Positions 1 to 14,327 of a stretch of 64,000 bases of DNA are shown piece after piece. Each line of letters opens with the position of its first letter. Position 1 is the first letter of the stretch. The position numbers and the translations under genes were made by a program. The notes beneath the pieces are model-generated. The model did no database searches and was not told where the DNA came from. It saw nothing but the letters and a program-made list of their open reading frames with translations. Source of the stretch: Escherichia coli (GTDB taxonomy: Bacteria; Pseudomonadota; Gammaproteobacteria; Enterobacterales; Enterobacteriaceae); NCBI RefSeq assembly GCF_048403405.1, contig NZ_CP183129.1. One strand, 5' to 3'.

Positions 1-143
1 CACCAGAACATCTTTTCACAGGCAAGCGTGAAATTCTGATTGATGTATTGATCAAGCTCCGCCAGGCATTCACGTTCAATCGCCAGGACTTCTTTACCTG
101 CTTGCTGAAAGTCAAAACCCGGTTGTAACTCTACGTGCGACAT
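1..143 (-). CDS. kdsD: D-arabinose 5-phosphate isomerase KdsD, 5' end only (N-terminal 47 codons; gene continues beyond window start)
   Basis: Reverse complement of 1..143 translates MSHVELQPGFDFQQAGKEVLAIERECLAELDQYINQNFTLACEKMFW, matching the KdsD/YrbH N-terminus; ATG at 141-143 (minus); lies directly downstream of yrbG on the same strand as in E. coli. Confidence 0.85.
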   Translation of the reverse strand, partial: MSHVELQPGFDFQQAGKEVLAIERECLAELDQYINQNFTLACEKMFW

Positions 144-156
144 AATGCGTTTCCAG

Positions 157-1134
157 TTATTCAACGAGTATTGGCGATAACCAGTACAACATCGCCAGCC
201 ATACGATAAATCCGCCAGTTAATAATACCCCTACACCACGGCCCGATTGCGGGGAGCGCCGCCAGCACAGCAACGCAAAAATAATGCTCACCAGCAACAT
301 CACGCTGTAGTCACGACTGTACGCCAGTGGATCAATCTCTCCTGGCGTTATCAGCGCGGGTAAACCCAACACGATGACAATATTAAAAATGTTTGCGCCA
401 ATGATATTTCCGACAGCAATGTCGTTTTCACCTTTGCGAACCCCCGCTATTGCGGTTGCCAGTTCCGGTAAGCTGGTTCCGATAGCAATTGCCGTCAGCC
501 CCATCGTCAACTCACTGATGGCAAAGTAATTCGCCAGCACCGTGGCGTTATCAACCACCATCCGCGTGGCCACTGGCATGATGATAAGCGCAATGCCGAG
601 CCATAAAAACGCGACGGGCAATCCACCGTCACGCGGCAGCTCTGCAAGCTGCTCTCTGGTCAGGCTGTCAGTCCCCTGACGTTCAGCCTGACGTGCAAGT
701 TTAACAATGAACAGCAGCCATAGCACAGCCAGAAAGAGGAGAAAGATACCATCGCTGCGACTAAGTTGTCCGTCATAGAGTACGGAACCGGCCACCACGC
801 TGACCAACAACATTAAGGGTAATTCACGGCGCAGAACATCGGAATGGACGGTAAAAGGACGAACCAGCGCAGCCAGACCGAGGATCAGCAATATATTGAT
901 AATGTTTGAGCCGAGGGCTGTACCAACGGCTAAATCGCGTTGTTCGTGCAGAGACGCGGCAAGCGAGACGATGATTTCTGGTAACGATGTACCAATACTG
1001 ACCACCGTCATGCCGATGATCAGCGGCGGGATGCCAAAGGTTCGGCAAAGAATAGACGCGGCAAAAACCAGGCGGTCGGCACTGTAAACGACCAAAAGTA
1101 AACCAACAATTAACAGTGCCGTAGCTAAAAGCAT
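157..1134 (-). CDS. yrbG: Putative Ca2+/Na+ antiporter, CaCA family inner membrane protein
   Basis: 325-aa ORF, ATG at 1132-1134 (minus), multi-TM hydrophobic protein with duplicated GTSLPE motifs typical of CaCA exchangers; matches E. coli YrbG. Confidence 0.93.
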   Translation of the reverse strand: MLLATALLIVGLLLVVYSADRLVFAASILCRTFGIPPLIIGMTVVSIGTSLPEIIVSLAASLHEQRDLAVGTALGSNIINILLILGLAALVRPFTVHSDVLRRELPLMLLVSVVAGSVLYDGQLSRSDGIFLLFLAVLWLLFIVKLARQAERQGTDSLTREQLAELPRDGGLPVAFLWLGIALIIMPVATRMVVDNATVLANYFAISELTMGLTAIAIGTSLPELATAIAGVRKGENDIAVGNIIGANIFNIVIVLGLPALITPGEIDPLAYSRDYSVMLLVSIIFALLCWRRSPQSGRGVGVLLTGGFIVWLAMLYWLSPILVE

Positions 1135-1343
1135 CTAACGTCCTTTCTTCAGGTATACTCGCCGGTCCGCTGAAGATTTTCAGAAAGCCGTAACGGATTC
1201 TTAATTTTGACTTTATGCGGCTAAAAAGTAAAACAAATGCCAGCTTTCGCTAACCACGGCGGGTAATATTCTGTAAATATGTTGGGTTCAAGGTTAAATT
1301 GAGCGCCATGCTTAGAAAATCAACGCAAGACGAAGGGTGAATT

Positions 1344-2943
<1,600 letters not shown>

Positions 2944-2947
2944 GTTC

Positions 2948-3499
2948 ATGCAAACGAAAAAAAATGAAATTTGGGTGGGTATCTTTTTATTAGCAGCACT
3001 ACTGGCGGCGCTGTTTGTTTGCCTGAAGGCGGCGAACGTGACGTCCATACGTACTGAACCGATCTACACGCTTTATGCGACGTTCGATAACATTGGCGGC
3101 CTGAAAGCGCGCTCTCCGGTCAGCATTGGTGGTGTTGTTGTGGGCCGGGTGGCGGATATTACGCTGGACCCGAAAACCTATCTGCCGCGCGTAACGCTGG
3201 AAATTGAACAACGTTATAACCACATTCCTGATACCAGTTCGCTGAGCATTCGTACTTCCGGCCTGCTGGGGGAACAATATCTGGCATTAAACGTCGGTTT
3301 TGAAGACCCGGAACTGGGGACTGCTATCCTGAAGGATGGCGATACAATTCAGGACACCAAGTCTGCGATGGTGCTGGAAGATCTTATTGGTCAGTTCCTT
3401 TACGGTAGTAAAGGCGATGACAATAAGAATAGTGGCGATGCGCCAGCTGCTGCGCCAGGTAATAATGAAACCACTGAACCTGTGGGTACAACGAAATAA
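2948..3499 (+). CDS. mlaD: Phospholipid ABC transporter substrate-binding protein MlaD (MCE domain)
   Basis: ORF-track entry 2933..3499 trimmed to ATG 2948 (MQTKKNEIWVGIFLL...), 183 aa, N-terminal TM anchor plus MCE domain. Confidence 0.93.
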   Translation: MQTKKNEIWVGIFLLAALLAALFVCLKAANVTSIRTEPIYTLYATFDNIGGLKARSPVSIGGVVVGRVADITLDPKTYLPRVTLEIEQRYNHIPDTSSLSIRTSGLLGEQYLALNVGFEDPELGTAILKDGDTIQDTKSAMVLEDLIGQFLYGSKGDDNKNSGDAPAAAPGNNETTEPVGTTK

Positions 3500-4152
<653 letters not shown>

Positions 4153-4153
<1 letters not shown>

Positions 4154-4446
4154 TGAGCGAGTCACTGAGCTGGATGCAGACGGGTGACACGCTGGCGCTA
4201 TCCGGAGAGCTGGATCAGGACGTTCTGCTACCGCTTTGGGAAATGCGTGAGGAAGCGGTGAAGGGGATTACCTGCATCGATCTTAGCCGTGTGTCCCGCG
4301 TGGATACGGGTGGACTGGCATTGCTGCTCCATCTTATCGATCTGGCGAAAAAGCAGGGCAACAACGTGACGCTTCAGGGGGTAAACGACAAAGTGTATAC
4401 CCTGGCGAAATTGTATAATTTGCCTGCTGATGTTCTGCCTCGTTAA
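4153..4446 (+). CDS. mlaB: STAS-domain protein MlaB
   Basis: ATG at 4153 overlaps the mlaC stop (TAATG); 97 aa MSESLSWMQTGDTLALSGELDQ...; the ORF-track start at 4057 is an upstream in-frame extension. Confidence 0.93.
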
Positions 4447-4605
4447 ATTTTTTCAGGCCGGATATGGCGTTAACCGCCTGTCCGGCAAACCTGCCTGCAA
4501 GTCGAGCCTTGTCTGATTTATCAGCGAGGCTTTTTGCTTATTTATGCCAGCGCAACTTTGCTCTAAGATGTTTCGCTGGTTTATTAACTGATGATTGAAG
4601 ATCCC

Positions 4606-4860
4606 ATGGAAAATAATGAAATTCAGAGCGTGTTGATGAACGCTCTCTCCCTCCAGGAAGTCCACGTTTCCGGCGATGGCAGCCACTTTCAGGTTATTGC
4701 CGTGGGTGAGTTGTTTGACGGCATGAGTCGGGTTAAAAAACAGCAGACGGTCTATGGCCCGCTGATGGAATATATTGCGGATAACCGCATTCATGCTGTG
4801 TCGATCAAAGCGTATACCCCAGCGGAGTGGGCGCGCGATCGCAAACTGAACGGCTTTTGA
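4606..4860 (+). CDS. ibaG: BolA-family acid-stress protein IbaG (YrbA)
   Basis: 84 aa from ATG 4606 ([34 protein letters not shown]...), BolA fold signature; ORF-track start 4591 is 5 codons upstream. Confidence 0.92.
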
Positions 4861-4914
4861 GCTATGGGCGATTCGCCGGTAGCGGATATGAATTGTTAAC
4901 TGAGAACAAACTAA

Positions 4915-6174
<1,260 letters not shown>

Positions 6175-6221
6175 TTGTCTGAGAGCTGGCAGCCCCGTTC
6201 GCGGGGCTACCGCCAGACCAC

Positions 6222-6500
6222 TCATTTTTTCGGTTTAGTGTAGCTACGCATCAACTGTGTTCTGTCGATAAACTCATGGGTCTGCGGATCATGGTAGCGA
6301 GATGGCCAGATAATCCAGGGGTCAGTTCCCAGGGCTTTCGCAATAATCATCTCTCCTTTCGGCCAGGGGCGCGATAATGCGTTCGCCAGCGTTGAGGAAC
6401 TCAAACCATTTCTGCGAGATTCCGCCGCCATTGACGTTCCCTTCTTGCGCAAACCCGCAATGATGTCAGCGGGATGCCAGTCAATGAAATTACTTTCCAT
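6222..6500 (-). CDS. sfsB: Ner-like DNA-binding transcriptional regulator SfsB (Nlp)
   Basis: 92-aa ORF MESNFIDWHPADIIAGLRKKGTSMAAESRRNGLSSSTLANALSRPWPKGEMIIAKALG...; matches Nlp/SfsB. Confidence 0.93.
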   Translation of the reverse strand: MESNFIDWHPADIIAGLRKKGTSMAAESRRNGLSSSTLANALSRPWPKGEMIIAKALGTDPWIIWPSRYHDPQTHEFIDRTQLMRSYTKPKK

Positions 6501-6727
6501 CTTTCCTCACTCCTTAAGTTAGTCGCTTTCATTCAGAACATTTCTTCTGTCGGGCATCACTATACTCCTGATGGCGTATTGTTCTAAAAAGTTCCTGTAA
6601 AGAGTGTGAATATTCAGAATATATAAAGATACATACACTGGTTTTTCAGGCGTTATTGCGCTGAATAAGTGTTTTTATGGAACTTATTGGAATCATCCCG
6701 CGCACTGCGCGGGATGAGGGGGAGGGA

Positions 6728-7699
6728 TTAACGATCGCGTTGAACAGCAATGTGCGCGAGGCCGATGAGTGCTTCTCGCCACGGGGTGTCCGGGAGCACC
6801 TGTAACGCTGCGATGGCTTTGTCTGCTTCTTCCTCGGCACGCTGACGCGTCCATTCAAGAGATCCACAAGCGTTCATTGCTTCCAGAACCGGTTCCAGAA
6901 GATGGCGACCGTTACCCTGTTCGATGGCGGTACGAATCATCTGTGCCTGTTCTGGTGTGCCATGATGCATTGCATGCAGCAGCGGCAGCGTCGGTTTACC
7001 TTCGTTCAGATCGTCGCCGACGTTTTTACCTAACTGTTCGCCATCGGCATTGTAATCGAGTAAATCGTCGATCAACTGGAAAGCAGTGCCGAGATAGCGC
7101 CCATAATCCTGCAGGCCTTTCTCCTCCTCCGGCGTACAGCCAGCCAGAATCCCGGAACACTGCGCGGCAGCCTCAAACAGACGCGCGGTTTTGCTATAGA
7201 TAACGCGCATGTAGTTTTCTTCAGTGATGTCCGGATCGTTAACGTTCATCAGTTGCAGAACTTCACCTTCTGCGATGACGTTTACGGCTTCTGACATGAC
7301 TTCCAGCACTTTGAGCGAGCCGAGGCTGGTCATCATCTGGAACGCGCGGGTATAAATAAAATCGCCTACCAGCACGCTGGCGGCATTGCCAAATGCGGCG
7401 TTGGCGGTAGCTTTACCCCTGCGCATATCTGATTCATCCACAACGTCGTCGTGCAGCAGAGTCGCCGTGTGGATAAACTCGATCAGGGCAGCAATGGTGA
7501 CATGCGCATTTCCCTCATAGCCAACAGCTCGTGCAGCCAGTACAGCAATCATCGGACGAATACGTTTACCGCCGCCGCTGACGATGTAATAGCCTAACTG
7601 ATTGATCAGTTGGACGTCGGAATTAAGCTGCTCAAGGATTGCCGCATTAACACCCGCCATATCTTGCGCGGTTAACTCATTGATTTTTTCTAAATTCAT
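6728..7699 (-). CDS. ispB: Octaprenyl diphosphate synthase IspB
   Basis: 323-aa ORF with trans-prenyltransferase motifs DDVVD and DDLLD. Confidence 0.96.
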   Translation of the reverse strand: MNLEKINELTAQDMAGVNAAILEQLNSDVQLINQLGYYIVSGGGKRIRPMIAVLAARAVGYEGNAHVTIAALIEFIHTATLLHDDVVDESDMRRGKATANAAFGNAASVLVGDFIYTRAFQMMTSLGSLKVLEVMSEAVNVIAEGEVLQLMNVNDPDITEENYMRVIYSKTARLFEAAAQCSGILAGCTPEEEKGLQDYGRYLGTAFQLIDDLLDYNADGEQLGKNVGDDLNEGKPTLPLLHAMHHGTPEQAQMIRTAIEQGNGRHLLEPVLEAMNACGSLEWTRQRAEEEADKAIAALQVLPDTPWREALIGLAHIAVQRDR

Positions 7700-7856
7700 C
7701 GCAAAAGCCGGGCTTTTCGCCCCGATTACCTTACTGTGAACAAAGGCAACTTAGGGTTTATGGTTAGGAATATAGGGTGATTGTACTGAAAAAATGGCAC
7801 AGATAAACGTTACCGTACAAGTTGTGTTTTTTTTCTTCGTGTATTGACTGTAGCAC

Positions 7857-7885
7857 TTGTCAAAGGCGTGCGTTTTGCGTAATAT
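7857..7885 (+). promoter_or_regulatory. Candidate sigma70 promoter of rplU-rpmA (-35 TTGTCA, 17-bp spacer, -10 TAATAT)
   Basis: TTGTCA at 7857-7862 and TAATAT at 7880-7885, about 70 bp upstream of the rplU ATG. Confidence 0.45.
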
Positions 7886-7921
7886 TCGCGCCCTATTGTG
7901 AATATTTATAGCGCACTCTGA

Positions 7922-8547
<626 letters not shown>

Positions 8548-8575
8548 GTTTTTCGCGTCCCGGTAACGGATGAAA

Positions 8576-8602
8576 GCCCCGCAACACGTTGCGGGGCTTT
8601 TT
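8576..8602 (+). terminator. Intrinsic terminator after rpmA
   Basis: GC hairpin GCCCCGCAAC / GTTGCGGGGC followed by TTTTT. Confidence 0.7.
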
Positions 8603-8673
8603 ACATTCGATAACCGGTAAAAATGCGCATGGTGCGACGTTAATTCGCAAATGCGCTTTGCAGGGAATACGGT

Positions 8674-9639
8674 ATGAAGCAGCAGGCAGGCATTGGCATT
8701 CTTTTGGCGCTCACCACAGCAATTTGCTGGGGGGCGTTGCCAATCGCAATGAAGCAGGTGCTGGAGGTGATGGAACCTCCGACAATCGTGTTTTACCGTT
8801 TCTTGATGGCGAGTATTGGCCTTGGTGCCATTCTTGCGGTGAAGAAGAGGTTGCCGCCATTACGCGTGTTTCGTAAGCCACGCTGGTTGATTTTGTTGGC
8901 AGTGGCGACCGCCGGGCTGTTTGGTAACTTCATCCTGTTCAGCTCATCCTTGCAATACCTGAGTCCGACCGCTTCGCAGGTGATTGGGCAACTCTCGCCA
9001 GTTGGCATGATGGTTGCCAGCGTATTTATCCTGAAAGAGAAAATGCGCAGCACTCAGGTTGTAGGGGCATTGATGCTCCTGAGCGGTCTGGTGATGTTTT
9101 TTAACACCAGTCTGGTTGAGATATTTACAAAGCTCACCGATTACACCTGGGGAGTTATCTTTGGGGTCGGTGCGGCGACGGTTTGGGTGAGTTATGGCGT
9201 GGCGCAAAAGGTTTTATTGCGTCGGCTGGCCTCACCGCAGATCCTGTTTTTACTGTACACTTTATGTACAATTGCGCTCTTCCCTCTGGCAAAGCCTGGA
9301 GTGATAGCGCAGCTTAGCCACTGGCAGCTCGCATGTTTAATTTTTTGCGGACTGAATACCTTGGTAGGATATGGCGCCCTGGCGGAAGCGATGGCTCGCT
9401 GGCAGGCAGCGCAGGTGAGCGCGATCATCACGCTCACCCCACTGTTTACGCTGTTTTTTTCAGATCTTTTATCACTGGCCTGGCCCGATTTCTTCGCCAG
9501 ACCGATGTTAAACCTTTTAGGTTATCTCGGTGCGTTTGTCGTGGTTGCGGGCGCGATGTATTCCGCCATTGGTCATCGTATTTGGGGCGGATTACGTAAG
9601 CATACAACGGTGGTATCGCAACCCCGCGCAGGCGAATGA
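8674..9639 (+). CDS. yhbE: EamA/DMT-family inner membrane transporter YhbE
   Basis: 321-aa polytopic membrane ORF in the conserved position between rpmA and obgE. Confidence 0.9.
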   Translation: MKQQAGIGILLALTTAICWGALPIAMKQVLEVMEPPTIVFYRFLMASIGLGAILAVKKRLPPLRVFRKPRWLILLAVATAGLFGNFILFSSSLQYLSPTASQVIGQLSPVGMMVASVFILKEKMRSTQVVGALMLLSGLVMFFNTSLVEIFTKLTDYTWGVIFGVGAATVWVSYGVAQKVLLRRLASPQILFLLYTLCTIALFPLAKPGVIAQLSHWQLACLIFCGLNTLVGYGALAEAMARWQAAQVSAIITLTPLFTLFFSDLLSLAWPDFFARPMLNLLGYLGAFVVVAGAMYSAIGHRIWGGLRKHTTVVSQPRAGE

Positions 9640-10827
<1,188 letters not shown>

Positions 10828-10833
10828 TCAGCA

Positions 10834-10865
10834 AAACCCCGGCCATGCGCCGGGGTTTCTTTTTG
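10834..10865. terminator. Bidirectional intrinsic terminator between convergent obgE and dacB
   Basis: Hairpin CCCCGGC-CATGC-GCCGGGG flanked by an A-run upstream and a T-run downstream. Confidence 0.7.
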
Positions 10866-10866
10866 A

Positions 10867-12300
10867 CTAATTGTTCTGATAAATATCTTTGTACAAACGG
10901 CTTTCAAAACGCACTAACGGAATACGGCGATTACGCTGATCCGCGGGTTCTACTGCATAGCCGGAAAGATATTGCACAAACGCCATTCGTTGCCCGCTCG
11001 CCGTGGTAATGAATCCCGCCAGGTTATATACCCCCTGCAACGAGCCGGTTTTCGCTGAGACTTTGCCATCCACGCCCGCCTGATGCAGACCTGCACGGTA
11101 CTGCAAAGAGCCGTCATAGCCCGCCAGCGGCAGCATAGAGATAAAGTTAAGTTCATTGTCGTGTTGGGCTATGTATTGCAGCACCTGCATCATGGTGGCG
11201 GGGGCAATCAGGTTATGCCGCGAAAGCCCTGAACCATCGGCAATAATGGTGTTACCAATATCGACACCGGCTTGCTGGCGCAGGATCTGACGCACGGCGT
11301 CCGACCCGGCCCGCCATGTTCCAGGCACATTGAAGCGCGCATGGCCGATCATGCGGAAAACCGTATCGGCAATCATGTTGTCCGACTTTTTCAGCATAAT
11401 CTTAAGCAGATCGTGCAGCGGGGCCGACTGTTTACTGGCAACTACCGCTCCAGGTTCGTTAACCTGCGTCTGACGCAGCAGTGTTCCGCTCCAGGTGATA
11501 CCTGCCTGTTTTAACTCATCTTTCAGAATTGCTCCGGCATAGCTGGCTCCATCCTGCACGGCAAAAGCCAACGGGAGCGGCTCAGAACGTTGTGGCAGGC
11601 ATCCGGTCAGCGTAAAGCGGTTCAGGTCGCCTGGCACCACATCCAGCTCGCAATATTGCGCTTCGGCAGAACCACGGGGGAGGGTGCGTACCTGGCTGAA
11701 CATCGTAACGGGGTAATAAGATGCCACGCGTATAAAAGCCATATCACCAGGTTTTGGGGCACTGTAGAGCGAGACGGAGAAACAGTTGCGGTCAACTATG
11801 GCGGCAGCAGGCGGAGCGCTAAAGCATTGTGTCATGTCATTCCATGGCCAGCCGGGGGCTTTATCGTGGCTGGCGAAAATGGAGGTATCTATCAACACAT
11901 TGCCATCGATTTGGTTGACGCCAGATTTTTTCAAAGTCGCGACCATATTGCGAATATCCTGACGTTTTAACGTCGGATCGGCACCAAATCGCGCCACTAA
12001 GTCACCCTTAAGTACGCCGTTTTCCACATTACCTTTGGTTTCAAGCGTCGTGGTAAAACGAAAATCGGGGCCGAGTTGAATCAACGCCGCCAGTGCAGTA
12101 ATCACTTTCTGCGTACTGGCGGGCAGCGCCATCTGCTGACTGTGGTAATCAATAGCGGGGGCCGACGCGCCGACTTTTTGCACCATCAGGGCAAGGTTGG
12201 CACCAGCGGGGAGTTGAGTAATGTACTCATCAACATTTGCGGCCTGAATACTGAACGCTATACAGCTGGTCAATCCGATGATAAATCTGGAAAATCGCAT
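10867..12300 (-). CDS. dacB: D-alanyl-D-alanine carboxypeptidase/endopeptidase PBP4
   Basis: 477-aa ORF with signal peptide and STQK active-site motif (ASTQKVITALAA). Confidence 0.96.
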   Translation of the reverse strand: MRFSRFIIGLTSCIAFSIQAANVDEYITQLPAGANLALMVQKVGASAPAIDYHSQQMALPASTQKVITALAALIQLGPDFRFTTTLETKGNVENGVLKGDLVARFGADPTLKRQDIRNMVATLKKSGVNQIDGNVLIDTSIFASHDKAPGWPWNDMTQCFSAPPAAAIVDRNCFSVSLYSAPKPGDMAFIRVASYYPVTMFSQVRTLPRGSAEAQYCELDVVPGDLNRFTLTGCLPQRSEPLPLAFAVQDGASYAGAILKDELKQAGITWSGTLLRQTQVNEPGAVVASKQSAPLHDLLKIMLKKSDNMIADTVFRMIGHARFNVPGTWRAGSDAVRQILRQQAGVDIGNTIIADGSGLSRHNLIAPATMMQVLQYIAQHDNELNFISMLPLAGYDGSLQYRAGLHQAGVDGKVSAKTGSLQGVYNLAGFITTASGQRMAFVQYLSGYAVEPADQRNRRIPLVRFESRLYKDIYQNN

Positions 12301-12419
12301 AATCTCGCGCTAACAACCTGGAATCGAGCCGTCATACTACGGCGCAACGCCCTATAAAGTAAACGATGACCCTTCGGGAACTTCAGGGTAAAATGACTAT
12401 CAAAATGTGAATTGTAGCT

Positions 12420-12453
12420 GACCTGGGACTTGTACCCGGGTCGGTATTTTTTT
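12420..12453 (+). terminator. Intrinsic terminator in the greA leader (3' end of the GraL leader RNA)
   Basis: Imperfect hairpin GACCTGGG-ACTTGTA-CCCGGGTC followed by GGTATTTTTTT, about 95 bp upstream of the greA ATG; consistent with the known terminated greA leader transcript. Confidence 0.5.
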
Positions 12454-12547
12454 GCTTCTGGTCCCGGTGAGGAGTTATGCCGGGCAGGCCGAACAGCCGG
12501 GGTGGGTGAAGACTTGCCCCATCAGGAATATTCAAGAGGTATAACAA

Positions 12548-13024
<477 letters not shown>

Positions 13025-13068
13025 GAATTACCCAATACTCAAGATGTTGATGTATTGTAAAGAAAGGA

Positions 13069-13091
13069 AAAAGGCCGCTATGCGGCCTTTT
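13069..13091. terminator. Bidirectional terminator between convergent greA and yhbY
   Basis: AAAAGGCCGC-TA-TGCGGCCTTTT palindrome with flanking A and T runs. Confidence 0.7.
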
Positions 13092-13179
13092 ATCAACGAA
13101 CAGAGCGTGGCATTTTGCTCTCCTGCCTGCGGAAAACCCCTCGTTTTACACAGCAAATGTGTGTAACTTTAGGATAATC

Positions 13180-13473
13180 TTAGCGTGGCAGCGAGATTTT
13201 ACGTTCTTTAGTTGGGCGATAAAGCACCAGCGTTTTACCGATGACCTGTACATTACAGGCGCCGGTTTCGCGCACGATAGCTTCCACGATCAAGGTTTTA
13301 GTTTCGCGATCTTCGGTGGCGATTTTCACCTTGATGAGTTCATGGTGCTCTAACGCTTGTTCAATCTCGGCCAGCACCCCTTCGGTCAAACCATTACTGC
13401 CAAGCAGAACAACTGGCTTGAGCGGATGTGCCAGACCTTTCAGGTGCTGTTTTTGTTTAGTACTCAGATTCAT
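13180..13473 (-). CDS. yhbY: RNA-binding protein YhbY (CRS1/YhbY CRM domain)
   Basis: 97-aa ORF MNLSTKQKQHLKGLAHPLKPVVLLGSNGLTEGVLAEIEQALEHHELIKVKIA... Confidence 0.95.
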   Translation of the reverse strand: MNLSTKQKQHLKGLAHPLKPVVLLGSNGLTEGVLAEIEQALEHHELIKVKIATEDRETKTLIVEAIVRETGACNVQVIGKTLVLYRPTKERKISLPR

Positions 13474-13598
13474 CGTATTTTTTGCTTACGTTGGGATTGA
13501 AAACGGATCATTCTACCGCCATCTCCCATATATCACCAAATAGGCGCGTAAAAATTTACGCAATTGGTTACGATGAGTTATCCCAATGGGAAAGTTAA

Positions 13599-14228
13599 AT
13601 GACAGGTAAGAAGCGTTCTGCCAGCTCCAGCCGCTGGCTTCAGGAACACTTTAGCGATAAATATGTTCAACAGGCACAGAAAAAGGGGTTACGTTCCCGT
13701 GCCTGGTTTAAACTTGATGAAATACAGCAAAGTGACAAACTCTTTAAACCGGGAATGACGGTTGTCGACCTTGGTGCTGCGCCGGGTGGTTGGTCACAAT
13801 ATGTGGTCACCCAAATTGGCGGCAAAGGCCGTATCATCGCTTGCGATCTTTTACCTATGGATCCTATCGTTGGTGTGGACTTTCTTCAGGGCGATTTTCG
13901 TGATGAACTGGTGATGAAAGCACTGCTGGAGCGCGTTGGCGACAGCAAAGTCCAGGTTGTCATGTCCGATATGGCACCAAACATGAGCGGAACACCGGCG
14001 GTGGATATCCCCCGTGCCATGTATCTGGTGGAACTGGCGCTAGAAATGTGTCGTGATGTATTAGCGCCAGGTGGCAGTTTTGTAGTGAAGGTGTTCCAGG
14101 GCGAAGGTTTCGATGAGTATCTAAGGGAAATTCGCTCCCTGTTTACGAAGGTCAAAGTTCGTAAGCCGGACTCTTCTCGCGCACGTTCGCGGGAAGTGTA
14201 TATTGTAGCGACCGGGCGTAAACCCTAA
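13599..14228 (+). CDS. rlmE: 23S rRNA (U2552) 2'-O-methyltransferase RlmE (FtsJ/RrmJ)
   Basis: 209-aa ORF with SAM-binding motif [13 protein letters not shown]. Confidence 0.96.
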
Positions 14229-14327
14229 CCGGGAGATTTCAGACGAAAGTTTGAAAGATGCTGGATATAGAGTATCCTGACGCTGTTTTTAACACAGTTG
14301 TAATAAGAGGTTAATCCCTTGAGTGAC

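Noticed and set aside
6188-6210. Hairpin CAGCCCCG-TTCG-CGGGGCT after murA as an intrinsic terminator
   Set aside because: The T-run is displaced about 14 nt from the stem on the plus strand and absent on the minus strand; it may be a weak or Rho-assisted site but is not a confident terminator.
6694-6714. Hairpin ATCCCGCGCA-C-TGCGCGGGAT downstream of ispB
   Set aside because: Perfect stem but no adjacent U-tract on either strand; not called as a terminator.
13474-13598. Sigma32 heat-shock promoter upstream of rlmE-ftsH
   Set aside because: TTGAAA and CCCATAT-like elements are present but about 23 bp apart, too long for the sigma32 consensus spacing; I could not place a convincing promoter by eye.
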